A DNA stretch of 12,910 nucleotides from a bacterium. GTDB taxonomy: Bacteria; SZUA-182; DTGQ01; JAFGSM01. Both the position numbers and the translations under genes were made by a program. The first letter of the stretch is position 1. Every line of letters begins with the position of its first letter. Below are positions 1-7,230 of the stretch, one piece after another. The notes beneath the pieces are model-generated. The model made no database searches and was not told where the DNA came from. It worked only from the letters and a program-made list of their open reading frames with translations. The stretch spans positions 1 to 12,910 of the forward strand of contig JBLIRN010000075.1 of NCBI GenBank assembly GCA_049472315.1, given 5' to 3'.

Positions 1-1201
1 CCGAGAGGGTCCCCAGCACCTGGATGCCGAGCAGGGTAAATCCCCCTCCGTGCAACAATCCGTTTCTGGCCAGGCCGCCGAAGCCTTGACGTCCGAAGAT
101 GCCCACGGCGATCGTACCCCACACCCCGTTCATGCAGTGGACGGGCACGGCGCCGACCGGATCATCGATATGGATCTTATCGAGGAACATGGTCCCCAGA
201 ACGACGATAATCCCGCCGATCACCCCTATAATCATGGCCTCGTGGGGCATGACATAGGCGCACGGCGCGGTGATGGCAACCAAACCGGCCAGGGCGCCGT
301 TCATTGCCATGGTCAGGTCCGGCTTTCCAAACAGAAACCAGGCAAAAAACATGGCGGAAAGGGCACCAGCAGCGGCTGCCAGGTTGGTGGTCATGGCCAC
401 CCGGGCCATGAAGCTCCCATCGCCGACACTCAGGGTCGATCCGGGATTAAACCCGAACCAGCAAAACCAGAGTATCAGGGCGCCGAGCGAGGCCAGGGCC
501 ATGGAATGCCCCTCGATGGCATTGGCGGACCCATCCTTGTTAAACTTGCCGATGCGTGGGCCCACGATGACGGTTCCCACCAGGGCCGCCGTGCCACCCA
601 CCGCATGGACTACCGTAGAGCCGGCGAAATCGGCAAAGCCGAGACGGGCAAGCCACCCTCCGCCCCAGATCCAGTGGCCGATTATCGGATAGACGGTGGC
701 GGAAATGAGGAAGGAATACATCAGGTATGCCTTGAATTTCATCCTCTCCGCGATGCCGCCGGCAACGATGGTTGCCGCAGCCCCGCAGAATACGGCATGA
801 AACAACCAGGCAGCCTCCAGGGGAATGGTCCCCTGGTGGGTGGCATTCACCAAGGCCCATCCGTTCAGTCCGATAAAACCATTCCCCTTCCCGAACATTA
901 TGGCATATCCGAACAGGAAAAAGGCCGTGGATGCCATGCAGAAGTCAAGGAAGTTGTTCATCAAGACATTGCAGGTGTTCTTCGTTCTGATCAACCCGGC
1001 CTCCAGCATCCCGAAACCCGCCTGCATGAGAAAAACCATAAAGGCGGCAAGGAGCACCCATAGGGTGTCGATCCCGGAGGTGCCGGCAGCGGCACTCCCC
1101 TGTTCGGCGAGTGCCGGGCCAGCCAGGCACAGGCCGATACAGAGCGTGAGCACGCCTGCTATGCACAACCATCTGAATATGCGGTATCGTGTATGACGCA
1201 T
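1..1201 (-). CDS. amtB: Ammonium transporter (Amt/Mep/Rh family), 3' end truncated by the window edge
   Basis: Absent from the ORF track because there is no stop in the window. Manual translation from ATG 1201 (RBS AAGGAGG ~7 nt upstream) gives MRHTRYRIFRWLCIAGVLTLCIGLCLAGPALAEQG...DTLWVLLAAFMVFLMQAGFGMLEAG...FHAVF...AERMKF...HWIWGGG...DFAGSTVVH(199)...WFGFNPGS...DDPVGAVPVH(355). Amt signatures and twin His are present, with a signal-peptide-like N-terminus. An in-frame ATG at 1207 abuts the RBS and is less likely. Confidence 0.97.
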   Translation of the reverse strand, partial: MRHTRYRIFRWLCIAGVLTLCIGLCLAGPALAEQGSAAAGTSGIDTLWVLLAAFMVFLMQAGFGMLEAGLIRTKNTCNVLMNNFLDFCMASTAFFLFGYAIMFGKGNGFIGLNGWALVNATHQGTIPLEAAWLFHAVFCGAAATIVAGGIAERMKFKAYLMYSFLISATVYPIIGHWIWGGGWLARLGFADFAGSTVVHAVGGTAALVGTVIVGPRIGKFNKDGSANAIEGHSMALASLGALILWFCWFGFNPGSTLSVGDGSFMARVAMTTNLAAAAGALSAMFFAWFLFGKPDLTMAMNGALAGLVAITAPCAYVMPHEAMIIGVIGGIIVVLGTMFLDKIHIDDPVGAVPVHCMNGVWGTIAVGIFGRQGFGGLARNGLLHGGGFTLLGIQVLGTLS

Positions 1202-1293
1202 TGTCATCCCTCCTTAATAATGATTAAAAGGATTCAGTGTTCCTTCCGGAGAGGAAACAGGGTGCGGTCATGACCTTGATGCTATAAGTAGAG

Positions 1294-1309
1294 AACAAGT
1301 CCCGTGCCA
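1294..1309 (-). promoter_or_regulatory. Sigma-54 (-24/-12) promoter for amt
   Basis: Minus strand reads TGGCACGGGACTTGTT against the consensus TGGCACG-N4-TTGCW. The only mismatch is C->T at -12. It lies ~90 bp upstream of the amt start. Confidence 0.7.
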
Positions 1310-1311
1310 AA

Positions 1312-1335
1312 GGGGGCGAAAGGATTATCGCCCCC
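1312..1335. repeat. Perfect 8-bp inverted repeat abutting the amt -24 element
   Basis: GGGGGCGA-AAGGATTA-TCGCCCCC, followed by only TTT on the minus strand. Could be a weak terminator or an operator. Confidence 0.5.
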
Positions 1336-1348
1336 AAAAGCTTCGTAT

Positions 1349-1361
1349 TAACAAATGGATA
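1349..1361 (-). promoter_or_regulatory. IHF-like site, amt side
   Basis: Minus strand TATCCATTTGTTA against WATCAANNNNTTR (1 mismatch), between the sigma-54 promoter and the upstream boxes. Confidence 0.45.
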
Positions 1362-1476
1362 TAAAGCTGAATCCCCTTTTTTGAGCAATCGTTGCTCGGT
1401 ACGAAATTGACAGGATTCACACGGAAATGGCGCTCGCATGCTATTATCTTCTTGTTTTAAAAGGGTATAATACCAT

Positions 1477-1510
1477 TGACCGCTTTTTGGCATACGCACA
1501 ATATCTGGCA
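1477..1510. promoter_or_regulatory. Degenerate tandem pair of 16-bp boxes (candidate enhancer for the amt promoter)
   Basis: TGACCGCTTTTTGGCA (1477-1492) and CGCACAATATCTGGCA (1495-1510). They match TGCCAAAATTATGGCA or its reverse complement at 11/16 and 10/16, with the same 18-bp period as the pair at 1686-1719. Confidence 0.5.
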
Positions 1511-1685
1511 GGCATACAAACGGCATCCCTTGAGGGTGTCTCTTTCATCCTCTCGCACCTGATGTATGGATTGACACCCACGAGCATGGCGACGTCCTCT
1601 CAACGTGGATCGCTTTGGCATCATCAATCCCCCATGGGGTGAGCGTACCGGGTCCGTCCTCTCTTCTTTTTAATGAAATAGCGGG

Positions 1686-1720
1686 TGCCAAAATTATGGC
1701 AGATGCCAAAATTATGGCAG
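1686..1720. promoter_or_regulatory. Tandem pair of identical palindromic boxes (candidate bEBP upstream activator sequence for the glnA promoter)
   Basis: TGCCAAAATTATGGCAG at 1686-1702 and 1704-1720. Each contains the palindrome TGCCA-N6-TGGCA with an A/T core; period 18 bp. Confidence 0.7.
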
Positions 1721-1793
1721 GATCTATAAGTGCATGATAGTGTGAGGAAATTCTTCGACAAGGCATCCCTTTCACCCTGCGGCCTCCGCGAAA

Positions 1794-1810
1794 TGCCCAT
1801 TTTTTACGCA
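1794..1810. promoter_or_regulatory. 17-bp NtrC/Fis-type box
   Basis: TGCCCATTTTTTACGCA fits TGC-N11-GCA and the Fis pattern GNNYRNNWNNYRNNC. It is 13/17 identical to 3747-3763. Confidence 0.5.
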
Positions 1811-1835
1811 TCCCGCCAATCGACACATTGAAGCC

Positions 1836-1848
1836 CAACTCTTTGATA
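1836..1848 (-). promoter_or_regulatory. IHF site, glnA side
   Basis: Minus strand TATCAAAGAGTTG is an exact match to WATCAANNNNTTR and lies between the tandem boxes and the sigma-54 promoter. Confidence 0.6.
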
Positions 1849-1876
1849 CTATGTATGTTGTTAACATAATGTTCCG

Positions 1877-1892
1877 GGGCACCAAAGTTGCG
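1877..1892 (+). promoter_or_regulatory. Sigma-54 (-24/-12) promoter for the small ORF-glnA unit
   Basis: GGGCACCAAAGTTGCG: GG(1878-79)-N10-GC(1890-91), with the GGCAC and TTGC cores intact. Confidence 0.72.
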
Positions 1893-1987
1893 GAATAGTC
1901 AGGCAGAGCAATCGAACGATAAACGCCGGCACATAGAAAGGAATGCATCCGGTTCTCCGGCGGCATCCGGAAAAGGCGGATAATTAT

Positions 1988-2203
1988 ATGCGACTGGATA
2001 AGAGAGACAACGGCCACGACACGACGATTCACCCCTCGGGGCTCATCAAGGGACTCACCGAGAAGGCCCTGAAGGTCCTGGACGAGATATGGTCCCTGTG
2101 GGAGATCGATCCAACCTCGCAGGATGTCCGGGACAAATTTCATGTGCTGGAGGAGTGCCTCGATCATATTAAAAAAATAACTAACGAACGGTTCTCGTCA
2201 TAA
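1988..2203 (+). CDS. Small hypothetical protein (71 aa, helical) upstream of glnA
   Basis: ATG 1988 follows AGGCGGA; codon usage is GC3-rich like the neighbouring genes; the stop is 31 bp before glnA. An alternative in-frame ATG at 1943 gives 86 aa. No family recognised. Confidence 0.65.
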   Translation: MRLDKRDNGHDTTIHPSGLIKGLTEKALKVLDEIWSLWEIDPTSQDVRDKFHVLEECLDHIKKITNERFSS

Positions 2204-2234
2204 CGGCATCCAATGAAGGGAAAGGAGGAGCACA

Positions 2235-3566
2235 ATGGCTACCAAGACAAAAGAGGATATTCTGAAGATCGTCAAGGAAAAGGATGTCAAATTTATACGT
2301 CTGTGGTTTACGGACATACTTGGGCAGGTGAAGAGCTTTGCGATCACTGCGGGTGAATTGGAGGGGGCGCTTGAAAAGGGCATGGGATTCGACGGCTCTT
2401 CGATCACAGGGTATCAGTCCATCGAAGAGAGCGACATGATTGCCATGCCGGACCCGAGCACCTTCAATATCCTCCCCTGGAGGCCCAACGAAAAGGCAGT
2501 GGCCCGTATGATCTGCGACATCCTTACACCGGACAAGAAGCCGTATGAGGGAGACCCGCGGTACGTCCTGAAGCGGGCACTGCAGCGGGCAAAGGACATG
2601 GGTTTCGACCACTATTACGTCGGGCCTGAGCTCGAGTACTTCTATTTCAAGAATGATCAGGGGACCGAGGTCCTGGACAGGGGCGGTTATTTCGATCTCA
2701 CCACACTGGACGTTGCAAGCGACCTTCGAAGGGATACGGTATTCGCCTTGGAAAACATGGGGATCGCCATCGAGTACAGCCACCACGAGGTGGGGCCCTC
2801 TCAGCACGAGATTGATATGCGCTTTGCCGATGCCCTGACCATGGCGGACAATGTCATCACCTATCGGATAGTGGTTAAGGAGATCGCACAGAAATACGGA
2901 TGTTACGCCACGTTCATGCCGAAGCCCCTCTTTGGACAGAATGGAAGCGGTATGCACACGCATCAGTCCCTGTTCAGGGGAAAGAAGAATGCCTTCTTTG
3001 ATCCGGAGGATCAATATCACCTAAGTTCGGAGGCAAAAGGGTTCATTGCAGGCCAGCTCAGACACGCCAGGGAGATGTCCGCAGTATTCGCCCAGTGGGT
3101 AAACTCCTACAAGCGATTGGTCCCCGGGTACGAGGCCCCGGTGTACATTGCCTGGTCACGCCGCAACCGCTCCGCACTGATACGTGTTCCCATGTATCAT
3201 CCCGGGATGGAGATGGCAACCCGGTGCGAATTGCGGTGCCCTGATCCTGCATGCAATCCCTATCTGACCTTTGCCGCTATACTGCATGCGGGGCTCCAAG
3301 GCATCGAAAAGGGATACGAGATGCCCAAGCCGATGGAGAAGAATCTCTACCACCTGTCGGCTCAGGAGCGAAAGGAGGCAGGCGTTGAGTCGCTGCCCGA
3401 CAGCCTCGGGGAGGCAATCTCGCTCACCGAGTCGAGCGAGCTCATGAAGAGCGCCCTGGGCGATCACGTGTTCAGCCGATTCGTGTCATTGAAGAACAAG
3501 GAGTGGGAGGATTACCGTATCCAGTTGACCCGCTATGAGATAGAAAACCTGTTGCCCATTTTGTAG
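2235..3566 (+). CDS. glnA: Glutamine synthetase type I (I-alpha subtype), 443 aa
   Basis: Motifs FDGSSI, GPELEY, GGYFD, HHEVGPSQHEI, FMPKPLFGQNGSGMHTHQS, KRLVPGYEAP, NRSALIRVP and ELRCPDPACNPY. Strong RBS AAGGAGG. The length and lack of the GSI-beta insertion fit GSI-alpha. Confidence 0.98.
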   Translation: MATKTKEDILKIVKEKDVKFIRLWFTDILGQVKSFAITAGELEGALEKGMGFDGSSITGYQSIEESDMIAMPDPSTFNILPWRPNEKAVARMICDILTPDKKPYEGDPRYVLKRALQRAKDMGFDHYYVGPELEYFYFKNDQGTEVLDRGGYFDLTTLDVASDLRRDTVFALENMGIAIEYSHHEVGPSQHEIDMRFADALTMADNVITYRIVVKEIAQKYGCYATFMPKPLFGQNGSGMHTHQSLFRGKKNAFFDPEDQYHLSSEAKGFIAGQLRHAREMSAVFAQWVNSYKRLVPGYEAPVYIAWSRRNRSALIRVPMYHPGMEMATRCELRCPDPACNPYLTFAAILHAGLQGIEKGYEMPKPMEKNLYHLSAQERKEAGVESLPDSLGEAISLTESSELMKSALGDHVFSRFVSLKNKEWEDYRIQLTRYEIENLLPIL

Positions 3567-3662
3567 GTTTTGTAAGAGTCTTTTAACCAGCTATTGTTTA
3601 TAAACCTTCATCCCGTGTTGTAATCGAAAGATCAGAGGTGTTATCAGGATGGTGTATAGAGG

Positions 3663-3697
3663 CATGCAATCCTCCCGGATCTCGGGAGGATTGCATG
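3663..3697. repeat. Perfect 15-bp stem-loop downstream of glnA
   Basis: CATGCAATCCTCCCG-GATCT-CGGGAGGATTGCATG, with no U-tract on either strand. Confidence 0.75.
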
Positions 3698-3746
3698 GCC
3701 CACCGTAAGCGACAAGGCAGGAAGGGTGTGTTTTACTATGTGGAAT

Positions 3747-3763
3747 TGCTTACTTTTTAGGCA
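3747..3763. promoter_or_regulatory. 17-bp NtrC/Fis-type box upstream of the HTH-glutamate synthase operon
   Basis: TGCTTACTTTTTAGGCA (TGC-N11-GCA), 13/17 identical to 1794-1810. Confidence 0.5.
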
Positions 3764-3799
3764 GCTGCGCACAGCGCGACTGCGGACCGCAGCAAAAGG

Positions 3800-3844
3800 A
3801 ATCTTAGAAAATCTTAGAAAAAACATTGCAATTTATGCTATAGT
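3800..3844 (+). promoter_or_regulatory. Candidate extended -10 sigma-70 promoter with a 10-bp tandem repeat over the -35 region
   Basis: TGcTATAGT at 3836-3844; AATCTTAGAA twice at 3800-3819; no consensus -35; RBS GGAG at 3855-3858. Confidence 0.4.
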
Positions 3845-3862
3845 GATGGATTATGGAGATCA

Positions 3863-4117
3863 ATGACACGAAACAGAAATATATACCCGTTCGGAACCGA
3901 CTCCTTGCAGGCCGCTATAAAGGATCTTGAGACATCCTGCTTCGGCGCGGGGAGAGAGGGGGTATATAGGCTTGTTATCGAAATGACGGAACGAATACTG
4001 ATCGAGCACATACTGGTGAAGACCGGCGGAAACAAGCTCCAGGCGGCGAAGATCCTGGGCATCAACCGCAACACACTGCATTCAAAGATCAAGAAACTGG
4101 GAATCACGGAACAATGA
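3863..4117 (+). CDS. Stand-alone Fis/NtrC-type helix-turn-helix protein (HTH_8), 84 aa
   Basis: C-terminal [50 protein letters not shown] overlap with the next gene. Confidence 0.9.
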   Translation: MTRNRNIYPFGTDSLQAAIKDLETSCFGAGREGVYRLVIEMTERILIEHILVKTGGNKLQAAKILGINRNTLHSKIKKLGITEQ

Positions 4118-5241
4118 CGCTATCGTTTATGGACAACCTATCATATCTTGGCGACCGGGATTACCATGTGCCGGGCGGATGCGCGGTTTCCGGCATCATG
4201 AACGAATCGGGAAGGCGGTTCAGCGGCAGCGCGGTCATCGAATCCATCGCCCTCATGCACGACCGGTCAAACGGCATGGGAGGCGGGTTTGCCGCCTACG
4301 GTATCTATCCGGAGATGGCGAAACACTATGCATTTCATGTGATATACGACGAGGAAGCGGCAAAGCAGGAGGCGGAGGCATACCTTCGGAAATACTACAC
4401 CATCATCCACGACGGCCCCATCCCGTTCAAGAAGGTCGATGCCATAGGAAACATCCCCCTGCTCTGGAAGTATTTCCTGGAGCCGAAGGAGGAGGTGCTG
4501 GCGCAACTGCATCTCCTCTCCGAAGAGGACCTGGTGGTGCAATCGGTGATGTTCGTGAACAGCCGCATACCCAACGCCTTCGTGGTCTCCAGCGGGAAGG
4601 ACATGGGAATATTCAAGGGGGTGGGGTACCCTGAGGACATCGGCGAATTCTATTGCCTTGACAAATATAAGGGATACCTGTGGACCTCTCATGGGAGATT
4701 TCCCACGAACAGCGTAGCATGGTGGGGAGGGGCGCACCCCTTCGGCCTTCTGGACTGGTCGGTGGTGCACAACGGGGAGATATCATCGTACGGCATCAAT
4801 CGCCGCTATCTGGAAAATTTCGGATACAACTGTGCCTTTTACACCGACACCGAGGTCATCACCTACCTGTTCGATCTTATCCACCGAAAACACGGGCTTC
4901 CCTTCGAAATCGTGGCAAAGGTCTTTTCCGCACCCTTCTGGGATGACATCGAGCGGATGCCCGAGGAGGAGCGGGAGCTGTACCGAAGCCTGCGGATCGT
5001 CTATGCCTCGGCGCTCATCAACGGGCCCTTTGCTGTGATAGCGGCAAATGCGCACACCATGATCGGCCTGAACGACCGGGTGAAATTGCGTCCCCTGGTG
5101 GCGGCCAGGCACGGGGATTTCGTGTATATCGCCTCCGAGGAATCGGCCATCCGGGAGATCTGCCCCCAGCCGGACAGCGTATGGATGCCCAAGGCAGGGG
5201 AGCCGGTGTTCGGCCGGCTGAAACGAAGCGAGGTGTCGTGA
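4114..5241 (+). CDS. Class II (Ntn) glutamine amidotransferase, glutamate synthase domain 1 (GltB1-like)
   Basis: Motifs GGC(23)[47 protein letters not shown] and DRVKLRP. The catalytic Cys follows a 22-aa propeptide. Confidence 0.92.
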   Translation: MTLSFMDNLSYLGDRDYHVPGGCAVSGIMNESGRRFSGSAVIESIALMHDRSNGMGGGFAAYGIYPEMAKHYAFHVIYDEEAAKQEAEAYLRKYYTIIHDGPIPFKKVDAIGNIPLLWKYFLEPKEEVLAQLHLLSEEDLVVQSVMFVNSRIPNAFVVSSGKDMGIFKGVGYPEDIGEFYCLDKYKGYLWTSHGRFPTNSVAWWGGAHPFGLLDWSVVHNGEISSYGINRRYLENFGYNCAFYTDTEVITYLFDLIHRKHGLPFEIVAKVFSAPFWDDIERMPEEERELYRSLRIVYASALINGPFAVIAANAHTMIGLNDRVKLRPLVAARHGDFVYIASEESAIREICPQPDSVWMPKAGEPVFGRLKRSEVS

Positions 5242-6764
5242 TGGCCAAGGTGCCCCTGACCTCGGACTTTGTGGTGGACCGGGATCTCGACCGGTGTATA
5301 AACTGTCAGGTATGCTGCCGGATGTGCGCCTTCGATGCCCACCGTTTTGACCCGGATACGCAGCAGGTTTCCACCGATTCCACCAAATGCGTGGGCTGCC
5401 ATTTCTGCGAGAGCTTCTGCCCCACCGACGCCCTGGTCATACGAAAGAATCCCTCGGATGTGCGTACCAACACCAACTGGCAGCAGGATGTCATCCTCGG
5501 CATCACTAGGCAGGCGGACACAGGGGGCGTCCTCCTCACCGGCATGGGGTGTGACCGGCCCTATCCCATTTACTGGGATCACATCCTCCTCAATGCATCG
5601 CAGGTGACCAATCCCTCCATCGATCCCCTCAGGGAGCCCATGGAATTGCGGACCTACATCGGCCGCAAGCCGGACAGCCTGGAGATCACCCGAGGGAATG
5701 ACGGCCGGTTCGAGATCAAGGGCACGCCGGGCGGACAACTGATCCTGGAAACCCCCATCCTTTTCTCCGCCATGTCGTACGGATCCATAAGCCTGAATGC
5801 GTGCCGGGCGCTCTCCAAGGCGGCCGCAGAATTCGGCACCTTCTACAATACCGGCGAAGGGGGATTGCACAAGGAACTATACAAATACGGGGGCCACACC
5901 ATCGTGCAGGTCGCCTCCGGCAGGTTCGGGGTACATGCGGAGTATCTCAATGCCGGCGCCGCCATCGAGATAAAGATCGGACAGGGGGCGAAACCCGGCA
6001 TCGGCGGGCATCTTCCCGGTGAAAAGGTGGACGTGGAAATCAGCCGTACCCGCATGATACCGGAGGGGTCGGATGCCATTTCCCCTGCGCCCCACCACGA
6101 TATCTATTCCATCGAGGACCTGAGCCAGCTCATCTACGCCCTCAAGGAGGCCACCCAATACAAAAAACCGGTTGGGGTGAAGATCTCGGCCGTTCACAAT
6201 GTGGCACCCATCGCCACGGGTATTGTCCGCGCAGGTGCGGATTTCGTCACCATCGACGGCCTGCGGGGAGGAACCGGGGCCGCCCCCACCATCATCCGGA
6301 ACAATGTGGGCATCCCCATCGAGCTTGCAATCGCTGCCGTGGATACGCGCCTGCGGGAGGAAGGCATCCGCAACCAGGCGTCAGTGCTTGTAGCGGGCGG
6401 CTTCCGCAACAGCGGGGACATCATCAAGGCCATCGCCCTGGGGGCGGACGCCGTGTACATCGGCACCGCCGCCCTGGTGGCCATGGGATGCCACGTGTGC
6501 CAGAAGTGTTACACAGGAAAATGCAACTGGGGCATCGCCACCCAGGACCCCTATCTCACCAAGCGTCTCAATCCGAACATCGGCGCGCGCAGGCTCTTTA
6601 ACCTGCTGCGTGCATGGTCACTGGAGATCAAGGAGATGCTGGGAGGCATGGGGATCAATGCCATAGAGTCCCTGCGCGGAAACAGGGAGGCCCTGCGGGG
6701 CATCGGGCTCTCCGCCACCGACCTGAGGCTCCTGGGGATAAAACCGGCGGGCGAGCCCTGGTGA
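5241..6764 (+). CDS. Glutamate synthase FMN-binding subunit (GltB2, archaeal-type) with N-terminal 2x[4Fe-4S] domain, 507 aa
   Basis: The likely start is ATG 5241 (TGATG overlap), not 5181. Motifs CINCQVCCRMC, CVGCHFCESFCP, AMSYGSIS, NTGEGG, QVASGRFGV, EIKIGQGAKPGIGGHLPGEKV, ISPAPHHDIYSIEDL, DGLRGGTGAAP and CHVCQKCYTGKC. Confidence 0.95.
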   Translation: MAKVPLTSDFVVDRDLDRCINCQVCCRMCAFDAHRFDPDTQQVSTDSTKCVGCHFCESFCPTDALVIRKNPSDVRTNTNWQQDVILGITRQADTGGVLLTGMGCDRPYPIYWDHILLNASQVTNPSIDPLREPMELRTYIGRKPDSLEITRGNDGRFEIKGTPGGQLILETPILFSAMSYGSISLNACRALSKAAAEFGTFYNTGEGGLHKELYKYGGHTIVQVASGRFGVHAEYLNAGAAIEIKIGQGAKPGIGGHLPGEKVDVEISRTRMIPEGSDAISPAPHHDIYSIEDLSQLIYALKEATQYKKPVGVKISAVHNVAPIATGIVRAGADFVTIDGLRGGTGAAPTIIRNNVGIPIELAIAAVDTRLREEGIRNQASVLVAGGFRNSGDIIKAIALGADAVYIGTAALVAMGCHVCQKCYTGKCNWGIATQDPYLTKRLNPNIGARRLFNLLRAWSLEIKEMLGGMGINAIESLRGNREALRGIGLSATDLRLLGIKPAGEPW

Positions 6765-6788
6765 TCGTCCCGTAAGGGGGAATGAATT

Positions 6789-7226
6789 ATGAAGAAGATC
6801 GCCATTCACGAGGAATATTGCATGGGATGCAGGCTGTGCGAGATCCACTGCCTTGTCCAGCATTCAAAATCAAAGGAGATCATCAAGGCGTACAAGGGGG
6901 AGTATCCCAAGGCACGACCCCGTCTGGTGGTCGAGGAGAAGGGATACCAGTCATTTGCGCTCCAGTGCCGTCACTGCGAGGATGCCCCCTGCCTGGAGGC
7001 CTGCATGACCGGCGCCATGCACAGGGACCCGAACACCGGCGCGGTCATCTGCGACGAGGAGCGGTGCGTGGGCTGCTGGATGTGCATCATGGTCTGCCCG
7101 TTCGGGGTCATTGCCCGGAATACCGAGGGGAAAAAGGTCGCCTCGAAATGCGACCTGTGCAGCGGAGAGACAACACCGGTGTGCGTGCTGCATTGTCCGA
7201 ACGAGGCCATCGTGTGTGAGGAGTGA
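6789..7226 (+). CDS. 4Fe-4S dicluster electron-transfer protein (DmsB/CooF-like, four Cys clusters)
   Basis: CMGCRLCEIHC, CRHCEDAPCLEAC, CVGCWMCIMVCPFG and KCDLC...CVLHCP; RBS AAGGGGA. Confidence 0.93.
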   Translation: MKKIAIHEEYCMGCRLCEIHCLVQHSKSKEIIKAYKGEYPKARPRLVVEEKGYQSFALQCRHCEDAPCLEACMTGAMHRDPNTGAVICDEERCVGCWMCIMVCPFGVIARNTEGKKVASKCDLCSGETTPVCVLHCPNEAIVCEE

Positions 7227-7230
7227 AGCC

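Noticed and set aside
50..1063. 337-aa plus-strand ORF, and the ORFs at 270-692 and 825-1196
   Set aside because: Antisense shadows of the minus-strand amt gene, with no recognisable motifs.
1686..1720. Tandem 17-bp repeat as a CRISPR remnant
   Set aside because: Only two copies separated by 1 bp, with no spacers and no cas genes.
1224..1838. Short ORFs in the divergent intergenic region (1224-1526, 1427-1642, 1545-1838)
   Set aside because: Atypical composition, no recognisable motifs, and they run across promoter and enhancer elements.
1854..1868. TATGTT-GTT-AACATA palindrome as a GlnR/TnrA or NifA site
   Set aside because: The spacing fits neither TGTNA-N7-TNACA nor TGT-N10-ACA, and the region is AT-rich, so it may be chance.
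1202..2234. NrpR operators (GGAA-N6-TTCC) or a glutamine (glnA) riboswitch
   Set aside because: I found no correctly spaced NrpR box and no recognisable glnA-motif sequence by eye. A cmscan search would settle the riboswitch question.
2181..3020. 279-aa minus-strand ORF
   Set aside because: Antisense shadow of glnA, expected from GC3-biased codon usage.
3696..3711. TGGCCCACCGTAAGCG as a sigma-54 promoter
   Set aside because: It has GG-N10-GC spacing but lacks the GGCAC and TTGC cores and overlaps the hairpin.
4114..4182. Catalytic Cys at position 23 rather than 2 as a sign of a wrong start or pseudogene
   Set aside because: Ntn amidotransferases of the glutamate synthase type are commonly made with a self-cleaved propeptide, and the ATGA coupling supports the start at 4114.
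5181..5240. ORF-track starts at 5181 (GltB2) and 7111 (oxidoreductase)
   Set aside because: Both overlap the upstream gene extensively. ATG 5241 and ATG 7231 have better coupling or RBS and begin at the domain boundary.
5001..5870. 289-aa minus-strand ORF and other ORFs nested in the glt operon
   Set aside because: They overlap well-supported plus-strand genes and have no domain signatures.
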